Assembly (NCBI GenBank): GCA_965224245.1 | Contig: OZ245046.1 | Coordinates: 992,001 to 1,056,000 of the forward strand | DNA: 64,000 nt | Source of the DNA: Candidatus Eiseniibacteriota bacterium | GTDB taxonomy: Bacteria; Eisenbacteria; RBG-16-71-46; CAZAMP01 | Direction: 5' to 3' | In this document: one piece after another, positions 20,591 to 31,200 of the stretch | Position numbering within the stretch: position 1 is the stretch's first letter | Layout of the letters: the number at the start of each line of letters is the position of its first letter | The notes under the pieces: generated by a model | Seen by the model: the letters and a program-made list of their open reading frames with translations, nothing else | Databases searched by the model: none | Told to the model about the DNA's origin: nothing | Program-made: the position numbers and the translations under genes

Positions 20591-21361
20591 ATGAGCGGGG
20601 ACGTCGAGCGGATGCAAGCCGCCTTCATCGGCGTGTTCCAGACGATGACGGAGGGCGTCGCCGGGCGATCCGTGTTCCGCAACGAGGGCGTGTTCTCCGC
20701 CACGACGCGTTCGCCCATTCCTCTGTTCAACCCGATCCTGATCGAGCATTCCGATGCGACGCCGGACGGATTCCGGATTGCCGTCCGGAACTCGGCCGAT
20801 CAGGGCGTGCGCGTGTCTGCACTGCTCCGATCGGGTGTCGACCGTCGATTCGTGGACGTGGCCACCGACCTTGGACTCGAGCAGTCGTCGGAGAGTGCAC
20901 CGGGCATGGCGTTGAAGACGATCGCGGATTCGACGTCTCCAGCCGGCCTGGAGATCAGGACCTCGGGCGCTGTCCTCTACGACCACCACGTGTCCCTCGT
21001 TGCCGCCGGATTCGGCATGCCGCCGTCGCTCGTGGACACGTTCATGTCGCCCGTCATGCAGGCGCGCGCGGACGTGCAGTTCCACGTCGGGTACATCGAT
21101 GCCGAGCCCGTGGCGACGTCCTTCGGCTTCGTTCACTCGGGAAGCGTGACCGTCTTCAACGTGGCGACCTCGCCCGCATTCCAGCGACGTGGCTTCGGCG
21201 CCGCGATGACCATGCAGGCGATCGCCGGGGGCGTGCGGTCGGGGTGCGACGTCGCCTATCTGCAGTCGACTCCCGCCGGAATCCGGGTGTATGAGCGTCT
21301 GGGGTTCCGGGTCGTCGTGACCTACGAGCAGTGGATCACTCCGGTCCAGAGGAGCAGGTAG
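20591..21361 (+). CDS. GNAT family N-acetyltransferase
   Basis: Motif A VATSPAFQRRGFG and LQSTPAGIRVYERLGF; AGGAGG RBS. Confidence 0.88.
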   Translation: MSGDVERMQAAFIGVFQTMTEGVAGRSVFRNEGVFSATTRSPIPLFNPILIEHSDATPDGFRIAVRNSADQGVRVSALLRSGVDRRFVDVATDLGLEQSSESAPGMALKTIADSTSPAGLEIRTSGAVLYDHHVSLVAAGFGMPPSLVDTFMSPVMQARADVQFHVGYIDAEPVATSFGFVHSGSVTVFNVATSPAFQRRGFGAAMTMQAIAGGVRSGCDVAYLQSTPAGIRVYERLGFRVVVTYEQWITPVQRSR

Positions 21362-21449
21362 CCGGGAGGCCTGGTCCGCCCGCGCCGCCGAGAGGTAGGG
21401 AGCGTGGGGTCGGCGGCGTGACCCGTTCCGACCCCGAAAGCACGCTGCA

Positions 21450-23660
21450 TCACGGTGTGAAGACGACCCGCTGGACATCCCGGGCACCGGAAGCCGCCAC
21501 GGCGACGAAGTAGATCCCCGGCGCGGCCCGTGAGCCGCCCGTGGTCGCGCCATCCCACACCACCCGGTGACGTCCGCCCGGGAGCCGCTCCGACGCGGCC
21601 AGGCCGGCCACACGCTTGCCCTGCACGTCGAAGACGTCGATGGAGACGTCCGCGGGCGTCGCGAGGTCGAACACGACCTCGGCCGAGACGGAGAACGGGT
21701 TGGGCATGGCACCGCGTACCCGCAGCGACGCGACCCCGACGTCCGCCGGGGGAACTCCCACCACGGCTTCGGGGATGAACAGGATGCCTGCCGGCTGCAG
21801 CACGCCGCCGGAGCCGGGAGGCCCACCGGCACCCGACATGACGAAGTCGTCGACGTAGGCCCCGGTCGCACCGTCGTACCGCTTCACGGAGTTCGTGTTC
21901 CGCGACGCCACGTAGAGGTTCTCGTCCGGACCGAAGGCGAGCCCGTGGGGATTGGCGAGCCCGCCGCTGGCAGGCGCCACGAAGACGTCGATGAACTCAC
22001 CGGTCAGGGCGTCGAACCGGAGGACGCTGTTGGCGGTGCCGTTCGACACGTAGAGGTACCCGTCGTGGAAGATCAGACCCTGTCCCGCGCCGAGGCCGCC
22101 TGCGCCGTCGGAGACGAAGCTTCCGAGGCTCGCTCCGGTCGTTCGGTCCACCATCTGGATCGTGTTCCCGCGGGTGCCGTTGCCGACGATGTAGATGTTC
22201 CCGTCGGGGCCGTACTCCATGTACTTCGGCGAGGTCATACCCGTCGGTGCGAGCGAGGCGAACGTGCCCAGGTACGCGCCGGTGTCACCGTCGTAGCGCC
22301 GGATGTCCCGTGTCACGTTGTCGAGAAGGAGCAGATCGCCGGCGTCGTCCCAGAGAAGGTCGACGAAGACCTGTGCTCCCTCGAGCCGACCGTCGATGAA
22401 GTTGTCGACGAGTCGTCCGGTGGTGAGGCTCATGCGCTGGATCACCGTGAGGGACGGCATGTACACGTCCCCCTCGGGTCCGACCCGGAACTGGTGCACC
22501 CAGGAGGCGCCGGACCACAGGTCGCCGCGGTACTCGCCCGTCGTGCCGTCGAAGAAGCGTGGGCGGTTCGTGAGGTCCGAGGTCATGCCGGAGACGAGGA
22601 GGTCTCCCGGGCTGGCGAAGACCTGGCACTGATCGAGCACGAGATCCTCGTTCAGGTCGACCTCGTCACCGGCCAGGATCTCGTCGACGTCATCGAGGAG
22701 GTCGCCGTCGCAGTCGACGAGGACCTCCGGTCGCGACGGACCGATCAGGTCGTCCGAGAACACGAAGAGAGTGTTCAGCATGCGATCGACCTGTCCCGGG
22801 GTGAACGCGTTCCGGTAGAGATAGCCCGCGTGCCCAGGAGGCCAGCCCGCCTCCATGTAGAGGTCCGTGCGCGGCGCGTAGGGAGGGTCTCCGACGCACG
22901 GGCCGGGGTCGTCCGCGAAGTAGAACCCCGTCGCCGTCGTGTTGCCCGCGTGTACCGCCGGCGAGGCGGGGGTGTCACAGACGCGATCGCCCGCGGTCGC
23001 GCAGTTGGACCCGTCGACGCATTCCAGTCCGTGCTGCGTCTCGTAGGGATGCCAGAGCCAGAACAGGTGTCCCATCTCGTGTGGGGGAAAGGGCGGGTTG
23101 TAGGGCAGCCCGACGACATCGCCGTAGATGTGCCCGCGGGGGCTCGTGACGGAGGTGTACCCCCGCGCCTGGAAGTCGTCGAAGAGGAGCTGATCGGAGA
23201 AGAAGATGTTTGCGACGCCGGGTGTCTCGAAGGTGTTCATCAGTGCGTGAGCCTCGGCGATGGTATTGAGCGTGTACCAGTCGTCGTTGTTGACGTAGCG
23301 GATCACGGGCCGCGCCACGAATACGAACGGCGTGTCGCGGAAGCCGTGGTTGAGGTCACGCATCATGTCGTGGAAGAGCTCGACGTCCGTGACGCCGCCG
23401 GTCCCGTCCGAGCGGCGAAGGATGAAGAACTGGAGCACGATTCGATGCGGTCCCTCGCCGCGGGCATGCGATGCCGCCGCGGCATCCGCCAGACTCGCCT
23501 CCGCCTGCTCGTCGAATCGAAGCATGCACGAGGGACCGGACGTCGCACCGTGACCGTGCTCCGCCGGCAGGGCGTCCGGCGCACCGGCCGCCACCGAGAT
23601 CACCGCGAGTGACGAGGCCGCCGTCACGGCACGCAACGACGACGTGAACGAGTTCGACAT
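21450..23660 (-). CDS. M43/pappalysin-like zinc metalloprotease + NHL/Vgb propeller + FlgD-Ig/T9SS-like CTD
   Basis: HEMGHLFWLWH zinc motif, GDRVCDTP, Met-turn-like LYME, FTPGQVDRM, then GPDGNxYVAS..SVxRYDG repeats and a CTD. Confidence 0.85.
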   Translation of the reverse strand: MSNSFTSSLRAVTAASSLAVISVAAGAPDALPAEHGHGATSGPSCMLRFDEQAEASLADAAAASHARGEGPHRIVLQFFILRRSDGTGGVTDVELFHDMMRDLNHGFRDTPFVFVARPVIRYVNNDDWYTLNTIAEAHALMNTFETPGVANIFFSDQLLFDDFQARGYTSVTSPRGHIYGDVVGLPYNPPFPPHEMGHLFWLWHPYETQHGLECVDGSNCATAGDRVCDTPASPAVHAGNTTATGFYFADDPGPCVGDPPYAPRTDLYMEAGWPPGHAGYLYRNAFTPGQVDRMLNTLFVFSDDLIGPSRPEVLVDCDGDLLDDVDEILAGDEVDLNEDLVLDQCQVFASPGDLLVSGMTSDLTNRPRFFDGTTGEYRGDLWSGASWVHQFRVGPEGDVYMPSLTVIQRMSLTTGRLVDNFIDGRLEGAQVFVDLLWDDAGDLLLLDNVTRDIRRYDGDTGAYLGTFASLAPTGMTSPKYMEYGPDGNIYIVGNGTRGNTIQMVDRTTGASLGSFVSDGAGGLGAGQGLIFHDGYLYVSNGTANSVLRFDALTGEFIDVFVAPASGGLANPHGLAFGPDENLYVASRNTNSVKRYDGATGAYVDDFVMSGAGGPPGSGGVLQPAGILFIPEAVVGVPPADVGVASLRVRGAMPNPFSVSAEVVFDLATPADVSIDVFDVQGKRVAGLAASERLPGGRHRVVWDGATTGGSRAAPGIYFVAVAASGARDVQRVVFTP

Positions 23661-23747
23661 GACGCTCTCCCCCGGGCCGAGGTTGAATCGCGCGGGCACC
23701 GGTCGGGGGTGAGGTGGGAGTCACACCCCCGGTGCCGACGATTCCCT

Positions 23748-23774
23748 CTAGTCTCCGGCGAGGGGGATGTGGAC
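23748..23774 (-). promoter_or_regulatory. Candidate ECF sigma promoter GTCCAC-N17-CTAG upstream of the M43/Vgb gene
   Basis: Identical bipartite motif and spacing to 26716-26742. Confidence 0.55.
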
Positions 23775-23800
23775 GGTCCAGCGAGAGAAAGATGCGGTGG

Positions 23801-26026
23801 TCAGTCGCGATCGATCACCGACCGGATGCCGGCCGCCCGGTCATGATCTCCACGTCTCTCGTAGATCGTGGCGATCTTGCCTCCGGTGAACACGAAGAGC
23901 GGCAGCACGCGCGGCTCCGCTCGCTCGATGGCCGTCCGGAACGCGTCGGCGGTCCCGGCGTGCAGCCCCTCGTCGCGAACGCGGGACGCGACGGACTGGA
24001 GCTCGGCCCGATGATCGGGGTGGCGCTGCGAGAGATCGTGACACCGGTTGACGATCGCCAGGATGTAGAAGTGGAGCGCCTCGTCGTGGCGACCGCGATG
24101 GAAGAAGGTGTTCGCGAGCTGCCCGTAGCTGGCGGGAAGCCGCCAGTCCATCGCGCCGTCACGCAGCTCGATCGCCTCCCGCAGCACCACCTCCGCCTCG
24201 GCCTGCCGGCCCAGCGCCGAGAGGACCTCTCCGTGACGTTGCGTCGCGGTGATTAGCCCGGGATGCCCGGGTGGAAGCGCGCGGAAGACCTCACGCGAAC
24301 GGGCCAGGTAGCTCACCGAGCGCTCCCACGCGACCGTTCGCGAGAGGAGATCTCCGTACTCGAGGAGGGTCCGGGCGAGCGCCTCGGTCGGCTGATCCGG
24401 ATACCGATCGAACATCTCGATCGCGGTCTCGAACGACTCGATCGCGGGCTCGAGCCCCGCGAGCTCTCGCGGCTCGTTCGGAGGCGAGGGATTTGTCAGC
24501 TGGAGGCACCGTGCCCGCGCGAATCCCAGGGCGCCCCAGGTCTCGGCCACCTGGAGACTGGGATCGCCGACCACCGACGCGAAGTGACCCCGCGCCTCCT
24601 CGAGATCGTCGAGCCCGCCGCAGTCCCTGGTCACCACCCGGGCGAGTCCGCGAACGTGGAGGAGTCGCGCATAGCGCGCGTCCCGCGGCGAACGGAGCGT
24701 CTCCCGGAGCGACAGCGCGCGATCGGCCTCGGTGAGGGCCTTCGTCCAGCGGTGGCTGCTGGCGTAGCGAAGCGCGAGTCGTTCCCGCACCCGCAGCTCG
24801 ATGTCGGGCTCGGCCGATAGCTCCTCGGTCGCACGCGCGGACGCGTAGTCGAGCTCGTCGATCGGCTCCCCGTCGGGACCCATGCCGGGCGAGAGGGTGG
24901 ACTCCAGGAACACCTCGACGCGGGAGGCTCGCAATGCGTTTCGCTCCGCCGACCGGTAGAGCACCGTCATCGTCACGCCGAAGGCGATGACGACGAGCGA
25001 CAGGACCGACATGACCGACGCCGCCACGGGATGCCGCCGCATGACGCGGCGCATCGACGACAAGACGGATGTCGTCTCCGCCTCGACCGGCTCTCCGGCC
25101 AGAACCCGGTCCAGGTCGCGGGCGAACGCGTCGATCGAGGGGTAGCGATCGTCGGACGACTTGGCCAGGGCCTTGCGGATCACCGCGTCGAGGGATCTCG
25201 TGACCCCGTGGTTGCGCTCGCTCGCGCGGCGCGGATCCTCGAGCGTGATGGCATGAACCGCCGACGCGAGCGAGGTCCCCAGGGGGTACGGCAGCTCGCC
25301 GGTCAGCATCTCGTGCAGAAGTACCGCGAGCGAGTAGAGATCGCTCCGTGCGTCCACACCCGTGGCGTCGCCGACGAACTGCTCGGGTGCGGCATACGCG
25401 ATGGTCCCCATGAACGAGCCGGGGCGAGAGGCCGACACCGAGAGGCTGGACAGCGACGCGGCATCTGCATCCAGCTTGGCCAGACCGAAGTCGAGAATGC
25501 GTGCCCGGCCCGCGGCGTCGACGAGCACGTTCGATGGTTTGAGATCGCGGTGAATGACGCCGCGCTGGTGCGCGTGGAGGAGGGCGTCGCAGACCTGCCG
25601 GCAGAGTCGCACGATCTCGTCCACCGACCGCCGGGCACCACCGTTGGCCGCCCACTCCGAGAGCGGCTCTCCCGCGATCCAGTCCATGACGAGGAAGCGC
25701 TGGCCGCCCTCGTAGATCACGTCGACCACGCCCACGATACCGTCGTGACGGAGCGCTCGCGCCGCCTCGATCTCCCGCTCGAAGCGAACACGACTCTGCT
25801 CGGACGCGAACGCGCCATGCAGGAGACGCTTGACGGCCACCGTACGGTTCCCGGTCCGGCCGCGGTACACGACACCCTGTCCGCCGCGACCGACCTCGTC
25901 GTCCAGCGTGTAGTCGCCGATCCGCCCGAGGGGCGCGCTCTGCTCCACCGCACGGATCCGATCGAACCAGGCGTCGTCGTCGGTCGGGAAGCCGAGGCGG
26001 CCCAGCTCCGGGGCGCGTGGTGTCAT
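23801..26026 (-). CDS. Hanks-type Ser/Thr protein kinase with TM helix and TPR-like C-terminus (ECF-associated)
   Basis: GRGGQGVVY, VAVK, HRDLKPSN, DFGLAK, GTIAYAAPEQ and a TM segment. The start overlaps the sigma stop (ATGA). Confidence 0.93.
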   Translation of the reverse strand: MTPRAPELGRLGFPTDDDAWFDRIRAVEQSAPLGRIGDYTLDDEVGRGGQGVVYRGRTGNRTVAVKRLLHGAFASEQSRVRFEREIEAARALRHDGIVGVVDVIYEGGQRFLVMDWIAGEPLSEWAANGGARRSVDEIVRLCRQVCDALLHAHQRGVIHRDLKPSNVLVDAAGRARILDFGLAKLDADAASLSSLSVSASRPGSFMGTIAYAAPEQFVGDATGVDARSDLYSLAVLLHEMLTGELPYPLGTSLASAVHAITLEDPRRASERNHGVTRSLDAVIRKALAKSSDDRYPSIDAFARDLDRVLAGEPVEAETTSVLSSMRRVMRRHPVAASVMSVLSLVVIAFGVTMTVLYRSAERNALRASRVEVFLESTLSPGMGPDGEPIDELDYASARATEELSAEPDIELRVRERLALRYASSHRWTKALTEADRALSLRETLRSPRDARYARLLHVRGLARVVTRDCGGLDDLEEARGHFASVVGDPSLQVAETWGALGFARARCLQLTNPSPPNEPRELAGLEPAIESFETAIEMFDRYPDQPTEALARTLLEYGDLLSRTVAWERSVSYLARSREVFRALPPGHPGLITATQRHGEVLSALGRQAEAEVVLREAIELRDGAMDWRLPASYGQLANTFFHRGRHDEALHFYILAIVNRCHDLSQRHPDHRAELQSVASRVRDEGLHAGTADAFRTAIERAEPRVLPLFVFTGGKIATIYERRGDHDRAAGIRSVIDRD

Positions 26027-26619
26027 TGCCAGGCCTCTTCCTGCTCGATCTGGTCGGCCACGAGCTGCTTCAGACGGTCCCGTACGCGCTGCTTGGCCTT
26101 CTGGATCGCGTCCACCGAGAGCCCCGTCGCGTCCGCGACCGACGCCGTCGACTCACCCGCGAGGAGGCGCCTGAACGCCTCCACGGACCTCGCATCGAAG
26201 GTGCGCTCCACCGTGCGCAACGCCAGGCGGAGGTGATGATCCACCCACTCCTCGTGCCACGTGGCGTCGGGGTCGTCGGTCGACTCGAGCCCCGTGAGGA
26301 GCTCCTCGGGAAGCTCTAGCACCTCGCGGCTCCGATATGGACGGGCCCGATGGCGCTGAATGGCATTCCCGACCACGCGGCCGAGGTAGCTGCGGAAACG
26401 GCCCCGCTCGGGCTGGTAGCGAAAGGTCCGGAACGCCCGCAGGAGATTGAAGAGCACGATCTGTCGAACGTCCTCGGCGTCGGCCAGGTCGAGCCCTCGC
26501 TTGCATCCGTAGCGGACGATGAGGCCGCCGTAGCGCTCGTCGAACCGCCGCCACGCGTCCTGGTCCTCCGCGTTGCCCAGCCGGCTCAGCAACGTGGGTT
26601 GAGTGGTGTGCCACGCCAT
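26023..26619 (-). CDS. ECF sigma factor (kinase-associated type)
   Basis: TLLSRL..DQDAWRRFDERY, DAEDVRQ and GRFRSYL in region 2; region 4 HTH SVADATGLSVDAIQKAKQRVR. Confidence 0.9.
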   Translation of the reverse strand: MAWHTTQPTLLSRLGNAEDQDAWRRFDERYGGLIVRYGCKRGLDLADAEDVRQIVLFNLLRAFRTFRYQPERGRFRSYLGRVVGNAIQRHRARPYRSREVLELPEELLTGLESTDDPDATWHEEWVDHHLRLALRTVERTFDARSVEAFRRLLAGESTASVADATGLSVDAIQKAKQRVRDRLKQLVADQIEQEEAWQ

Positions 26620-26715
26620 GGCGTCATCTTACGACATGGCCGGGGCGCGTCGAGCGCCGGGCTCCGTTCGACGAACTCGACGGGCACCACCGTGGCGATT
26701 CCGTTCGCTCCAGGT

Positions 26716-26742
26716 GTCCACCTCGGGCCCGTCGTGCCCTAG
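26716..26742 (+). promoter_or_regulatory. Candidate ECF sigma promoter GTCCAC-N17-CTAG upstream of the Vgb/NHL gene
   Basis: Same motif as 23748-23774, 44 nt before ATG 26787. Confidence 0.55.
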
Positions 26743-26786
26743 GGGCAGATACGGGGTTGTGTCGAACTCGGAAGGAGGAGCTCCGA

Positions 26787-27968
26787 ATGCGTGGTTGCAG
26801 GATACTGTGGACAATCCTGGGGGTCCTGACCCTCTGTGTCGTCGGCGAGGTGTTCGCCGCGGACCGGGACATCTACATCGCGAGTCGCGACACCGACTCC
26901 ATCAAACGCTACGACGGTGACGACGGGTCCTACCTGGGAGACTTCGTGAGTCCCGGAAGTGGCGGACTCGATCAGCCCCAGGAGTGCCTCTTCGGCCCCG
27001 GCGACGACCTGTTCGTGACCGGCTTCCAGAACACCCAGGTCCTTCGCTACGACGGCCTGACGGGGGAGTTCATCGGACCGTTCACGTCGGGGTACTCGCT
27101 CAGCCTTCCGGCGAAGATGCAGTACGGACCCGACGGTCACATGTACATCAGCCAGTGGGCCGGGTCGGAGAGGGTGGTGCGCTTCGATCGGGAAACGGGG
27201 GTCTTCATCGACGAGTTCACCGAGTTCGGCGTGATCAACAACTGCGGCATGGCCTGGGATCCCGACGGCAACATGTATCTCGCCTACTGGGGCTCCGATG
27301 GCGAGGACGGCGGTGTCTGGAAGTTCGGTCCCGACGGCTCGGATCTCGGCATGGTCATCGATGCGAACGTGCGTGGCCCCGTCAACCTGTGGTTCGGCCC
27401 CGACGACGATCTCTTCGTGCTGGACTGGACCGAGGGGAGCGTGGAGCGATTCGACGGGACGACCCTCGCGTACGAGGGCCGATGGATCACGAACCTGTCC
27501 CGCGCGGAGGGGTTCGTCTTCGGTCCCGACGGGCGTCTCTTCATCTGCGACTGGCAGCTCAATCGGGTCGCGCGCTACGAGCCCGACGGCACGTTCCTCG
27601 ACATCTTCGCCTCCGGCGGCGGCATGCTCCGCCCCAACAGCATCACCTTCGGACCCGATCGCACGGTCTCGGTAGACCAGGCCACCGGCCCCGGTGTCGT
27701 CCGACTCGGGACGCCACGACCGAACCCGTTCCGTGGATCGACCCACGTCGAGGTCGTCGTCGATGCGGCGGGGCTCGGTTCGGTGGAGGTCTTCGACGTG
27801 GCCGGACGGCGGGTCGCGACTCTCCTCGACGGGGAGCTGGCCGTCGGACTCCATCGACTCGAATGGCACGCGGGCGCGGCCGCGGCCGGTGTCTACTACC
27901 TGTCCCTGACCCTCGGCGGCGACGTCGAGACCCGTCGCATTACCCGGCTCGCACCGTCGATCCGGTGA
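26787..27968 (+). CDS. NHL/Vgb-like beta-propeller secreted protein with T9SS-like CTD
   Basis: AGGAGG RBS, signal peptide, FGPDGxLY repeats, and a PNPF..VFDVAGRRVATL..AAGVYY CTD. Confidence 0.9.
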   Translation: MRGCRILWTILGVLTLCVVGEVFAADRDIYIASRDTDSIKRYDGDDGSYLGDFVSPGSGGLDQPQECLFGPGDDLFVTGFQNTQVLRYDGLTGEFIGPFTSGYSLSLPAKMQYGPDGHMYISQWAGSERVVRFDRETGVFIDEFTEFGVINNCGMAWDPDGNMYLAYWGSDGEDGGVWKFGPDGSDLGMVIDANVRGPVNLWFGPDDDLFVLDWTEGSVERFDGTTLAYEGRWITNLSRAEGFVFGPDGRLFICDWQLNRVARYEPDGTFLDIFASGGGMLRPNSITFGPDRTVSVDQATGPGVVRLGTPRPNPFRGSTHVEVVVDAAGLGSVEVFDVAGRRVATLLDGELAVGLHRLEWHAGAAAAGVYYLSLTLGGDVETRRITRLAPSIR

Positions 27969-28297
27969 GACCGGGATAGCGGTGCCGGAGTTCGAGCCCC
28001 CGCCGGACCACGGCGCGGGGCTCGGGCGCCTCTCCGCCTCTCCCATTCGACTCGGTGTTCGGGCCGTCCGGGAGAGCGCGATCCCGGGCCGACCCGCGAA
28101 ACCGGAAACCTCCCCACCTCGCGTGCACTTCGAGCGATCCCGGCATTGGATTCCTTGGAGGTCGCGAGGGGCGGGAAGGTGCGTCCAGGACCCCGTGCGT
28201 GTCCTGGGTCCCCCGGCCCCCGTGGCGGCTCGCATGCCGTGCGTGGCCCCGACCGACGCTCGGTACGATGCTCGAGGCACAGAGACAGGTGGTGTCG

Positions 28298-31200
28298 ATG
28301 GCGGTCATCCTGAGGTCGATCGGTGTCGGGCTACTCCTACTCGTGCCGACGATCACCCTCGCCGTGACCCCGTTCGTCCACGAAACGGTCGACGGTCCAC
28401 AGGACACCGGGCTCTTCAACTCCATCGCCGTGGAAGCCGACGGCACCATCCACATCAGCTACCACGAGGACACGTACGACGACCTCAAGTACGCCGTCCG
28501 GACCGCGGACGGATGGACCATCGAGACCGTCGACGCGGACGGTGTGGTGGGCTACGAGACGTCGATCGTCCTGGATGCGGCGGGCCACCCTCACATCAGC
28601 TACTACCGGAGCGGGGACTCGGTCAGGTACGCGACCAAGTCCGCCGGCAGCTGGACGATCGAGGCGATCGAGACCGGGATTGCCTGCCGCGGCACGTCCA
28701 TCGGGCTCGATTCCGCCGGAGATCCCCACGTCGTCTACGTCGACGCCACCGCCGGCGCGCTCGATCACGCAACGCGAACCGATGGCGTCTGGTCCATCGA
28801 GACGATCGACGACAGTGGGGAGGTCCATGACGACACGTCGCTCGAGATCACGGCGGACGGGATCCTGCACGTCAGCTACCAGGGTGGTGTGGACGGCGAC
28901 CTCATGTACGGCACGAAGGTCGGGTCCATCTGGACCCTGGAGGCGGTCGCGATCGTGAACGAGGTCGGCTCTCATTCGTCGCTCGAGCTCGACAGCGGAG
29001 GCCACCCGCACATGGTCTACTACGACGAGACGAACGGCGACCTGCGCTACGTCCATTCGAGCGGTGGTGACTGGACCTTCGAGCTCGTGGATGCGCTGGG
29101 GGACGTGGGGCTGTACGCATCTCTTGCTCTGGATGCCGCCGACGTGCCTCACGTCTCGTATCACGACGCGACTCGTGGTGATCTCCGGTACGCCAAGCGA
29201 GAGGGGGGAACCTGGTCGGTCGAGAGCGTGGACACGCCCGGCCTGACGGGAGGCTGGACGTCGATCGCGCTCGATGCCGAGGGCAACCCGCTCATCGCCC
29301 ATCACCGCGAGTTCACCTCGAGAGCGCTCCGGCTCGCGGACTCCACCATCCGGCTGACCTCCCCGGTCGGAGGGGAACGCTGGAACACGGACTCGTCGGC
29401 CACCATCACCTGGCGTGGGGTCGGGGAGGTGGACATCCAACTGTCCCTCGATGGCGGCGCCAGCTACGTCGCGCTGGCAACCGGGGTCACCGGAGGGGAG
29501 GCCGTCGTCCACCTTCCCGGGATGGAATCCGATCACGCTCTGGTGAAGGTCGTTCGCGAGACGCCTCACTCCTCGTCGGTGTCAGGCTCCTTCACCATCG
29601 CGAAGGCACGCATCGCGCCATGGTGGACGAGCTTCGCGGTCACCGAGGGGTCGGCGGGCCGATACTCCTCCCTCGCGCTGTCGGCGGGTGGTCAGCCTCA
29701 CGTGAGCTACTACGACGCCTCGACGTTCTCGCTCCGCTACGCCATCGAGGACGGCGCGGACTGGCTCGTCGAGGACGCCGACGACTCGCTGGGGACCGGC
29801 AGCCACTCGTCGCTGGCGCTCGACGTGCACGGCGATGCGCACGTGAGCTACACGGACCTCCTGAACACGGCGCTCAAGTACGCAACCCGCGTCGATGGGA
29901 TCTGGTCCACGACCTTCGTGGACTCGGCGGGAGACGTCGGCGCCTACACCTCGCTCGCGCTCGATGACGAGGACCGTCCCCACATCAGCTACCACGACGC
30001 CACGAACGGAGCCCTGAGGTACGCCACGATGGACGGGGTCTGGGTGACCGAGACCGTCGATTCGGACGGCACGGTCGGCGAGTACACCTCGATCGCCGTC
30101 GATGACCAGGGGTATCCCCACGTCAGCTACTACGATGCGGGCAACGGCCACCTGAAGTACGCCACGCGAGACGGAGCGTGGAGCGTCGAGACGGTCGACT
30201 CGCTGGCCGTCACCGGACAGCACACGTCGATCGCGCTGGACGACCGCAACGATCCCCACATCAGCTACTACGCCCTGACCGGCGGGAATCTCGAGTACGC
30301 GGTCAAGCGCGACGGGGTGTGGCACATCGAGACCGTCGATGCCTCGGAGAACGTGGGCGATTACACGTCCATTGCCATCGACTCCCGGGGCCGGCCGCAC
30401 ATCAGCTACTACGACGAGGTCGGCTATGACCTCCTCCACGCGGTCAAGGACGGCACGGTCTGGCGCATCGACGTCGTCGACTCGCGAGGGTTTGCCGGCC
30501 CCTACAGCTCGCTCGCACTCGACGAGCTGGACAACCCCCACGTCAGCTACTTCGATCCCACCGATGGTGACCTCAAGTACGCGTCCGGGGGGCTCGCGGT
30601 CACCGGACCGGCCGGCGGAGTGACGTGGCCCGTCGGAGGGCCCCGAGCGATCACGTGGGACGGGATCGGCGTCGTCGACATCTCGATCTCCGTGGACGGT
30701 GGAGGCACCTACGTTCCGGTGGCGTCTGGAGCCTCTCGTGGCACCTACCCGCTCCTGGTACCACACATCCCGACCCGCTTCGGCCGGGTGCGGGTGGAGC
30801 GGCGGGAGGAAGCCAACGATCACGGCACGTACGTGTACCTCGCCGCGATCTCCGAGAGCGAGCTCTTCACGATCGACGCATCGGTAGCGCTGTTGAGCTT
30901 CCGTGTCGATGCACTCGAGGACGACACGGGCGTCGTCGTCGCGTGGCGAACAGAGCCCGGCGTGCCCGATCTCGCGGGATACCGGCTCGAGCGTCGACGT
31001 GGAGGGGGCTACGTCACGGTCGTCTCCCACTCGACCGACACGACCCACCGCGATCCGGAGGGGACGATGGAGAGCGTCTACCGACTCTTCGCCGAGGGCG
31101 GCTTCGGTGACGAGCTCTACCTGGGCTCGACGGACGACGGCGCGACGCCGCCACCACGTGGCGGGCTCTCTGTCCATCCGGTGCCGCTTCGCTCGGGCAC

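Noticed and set aside
27985-28030. tRNA T-arm-like GGAGTTCGAGCCCCC
   Set aside because: No cloverleaf can be built. It is part of a GC hairpin after a stop codon and has no U-tract.
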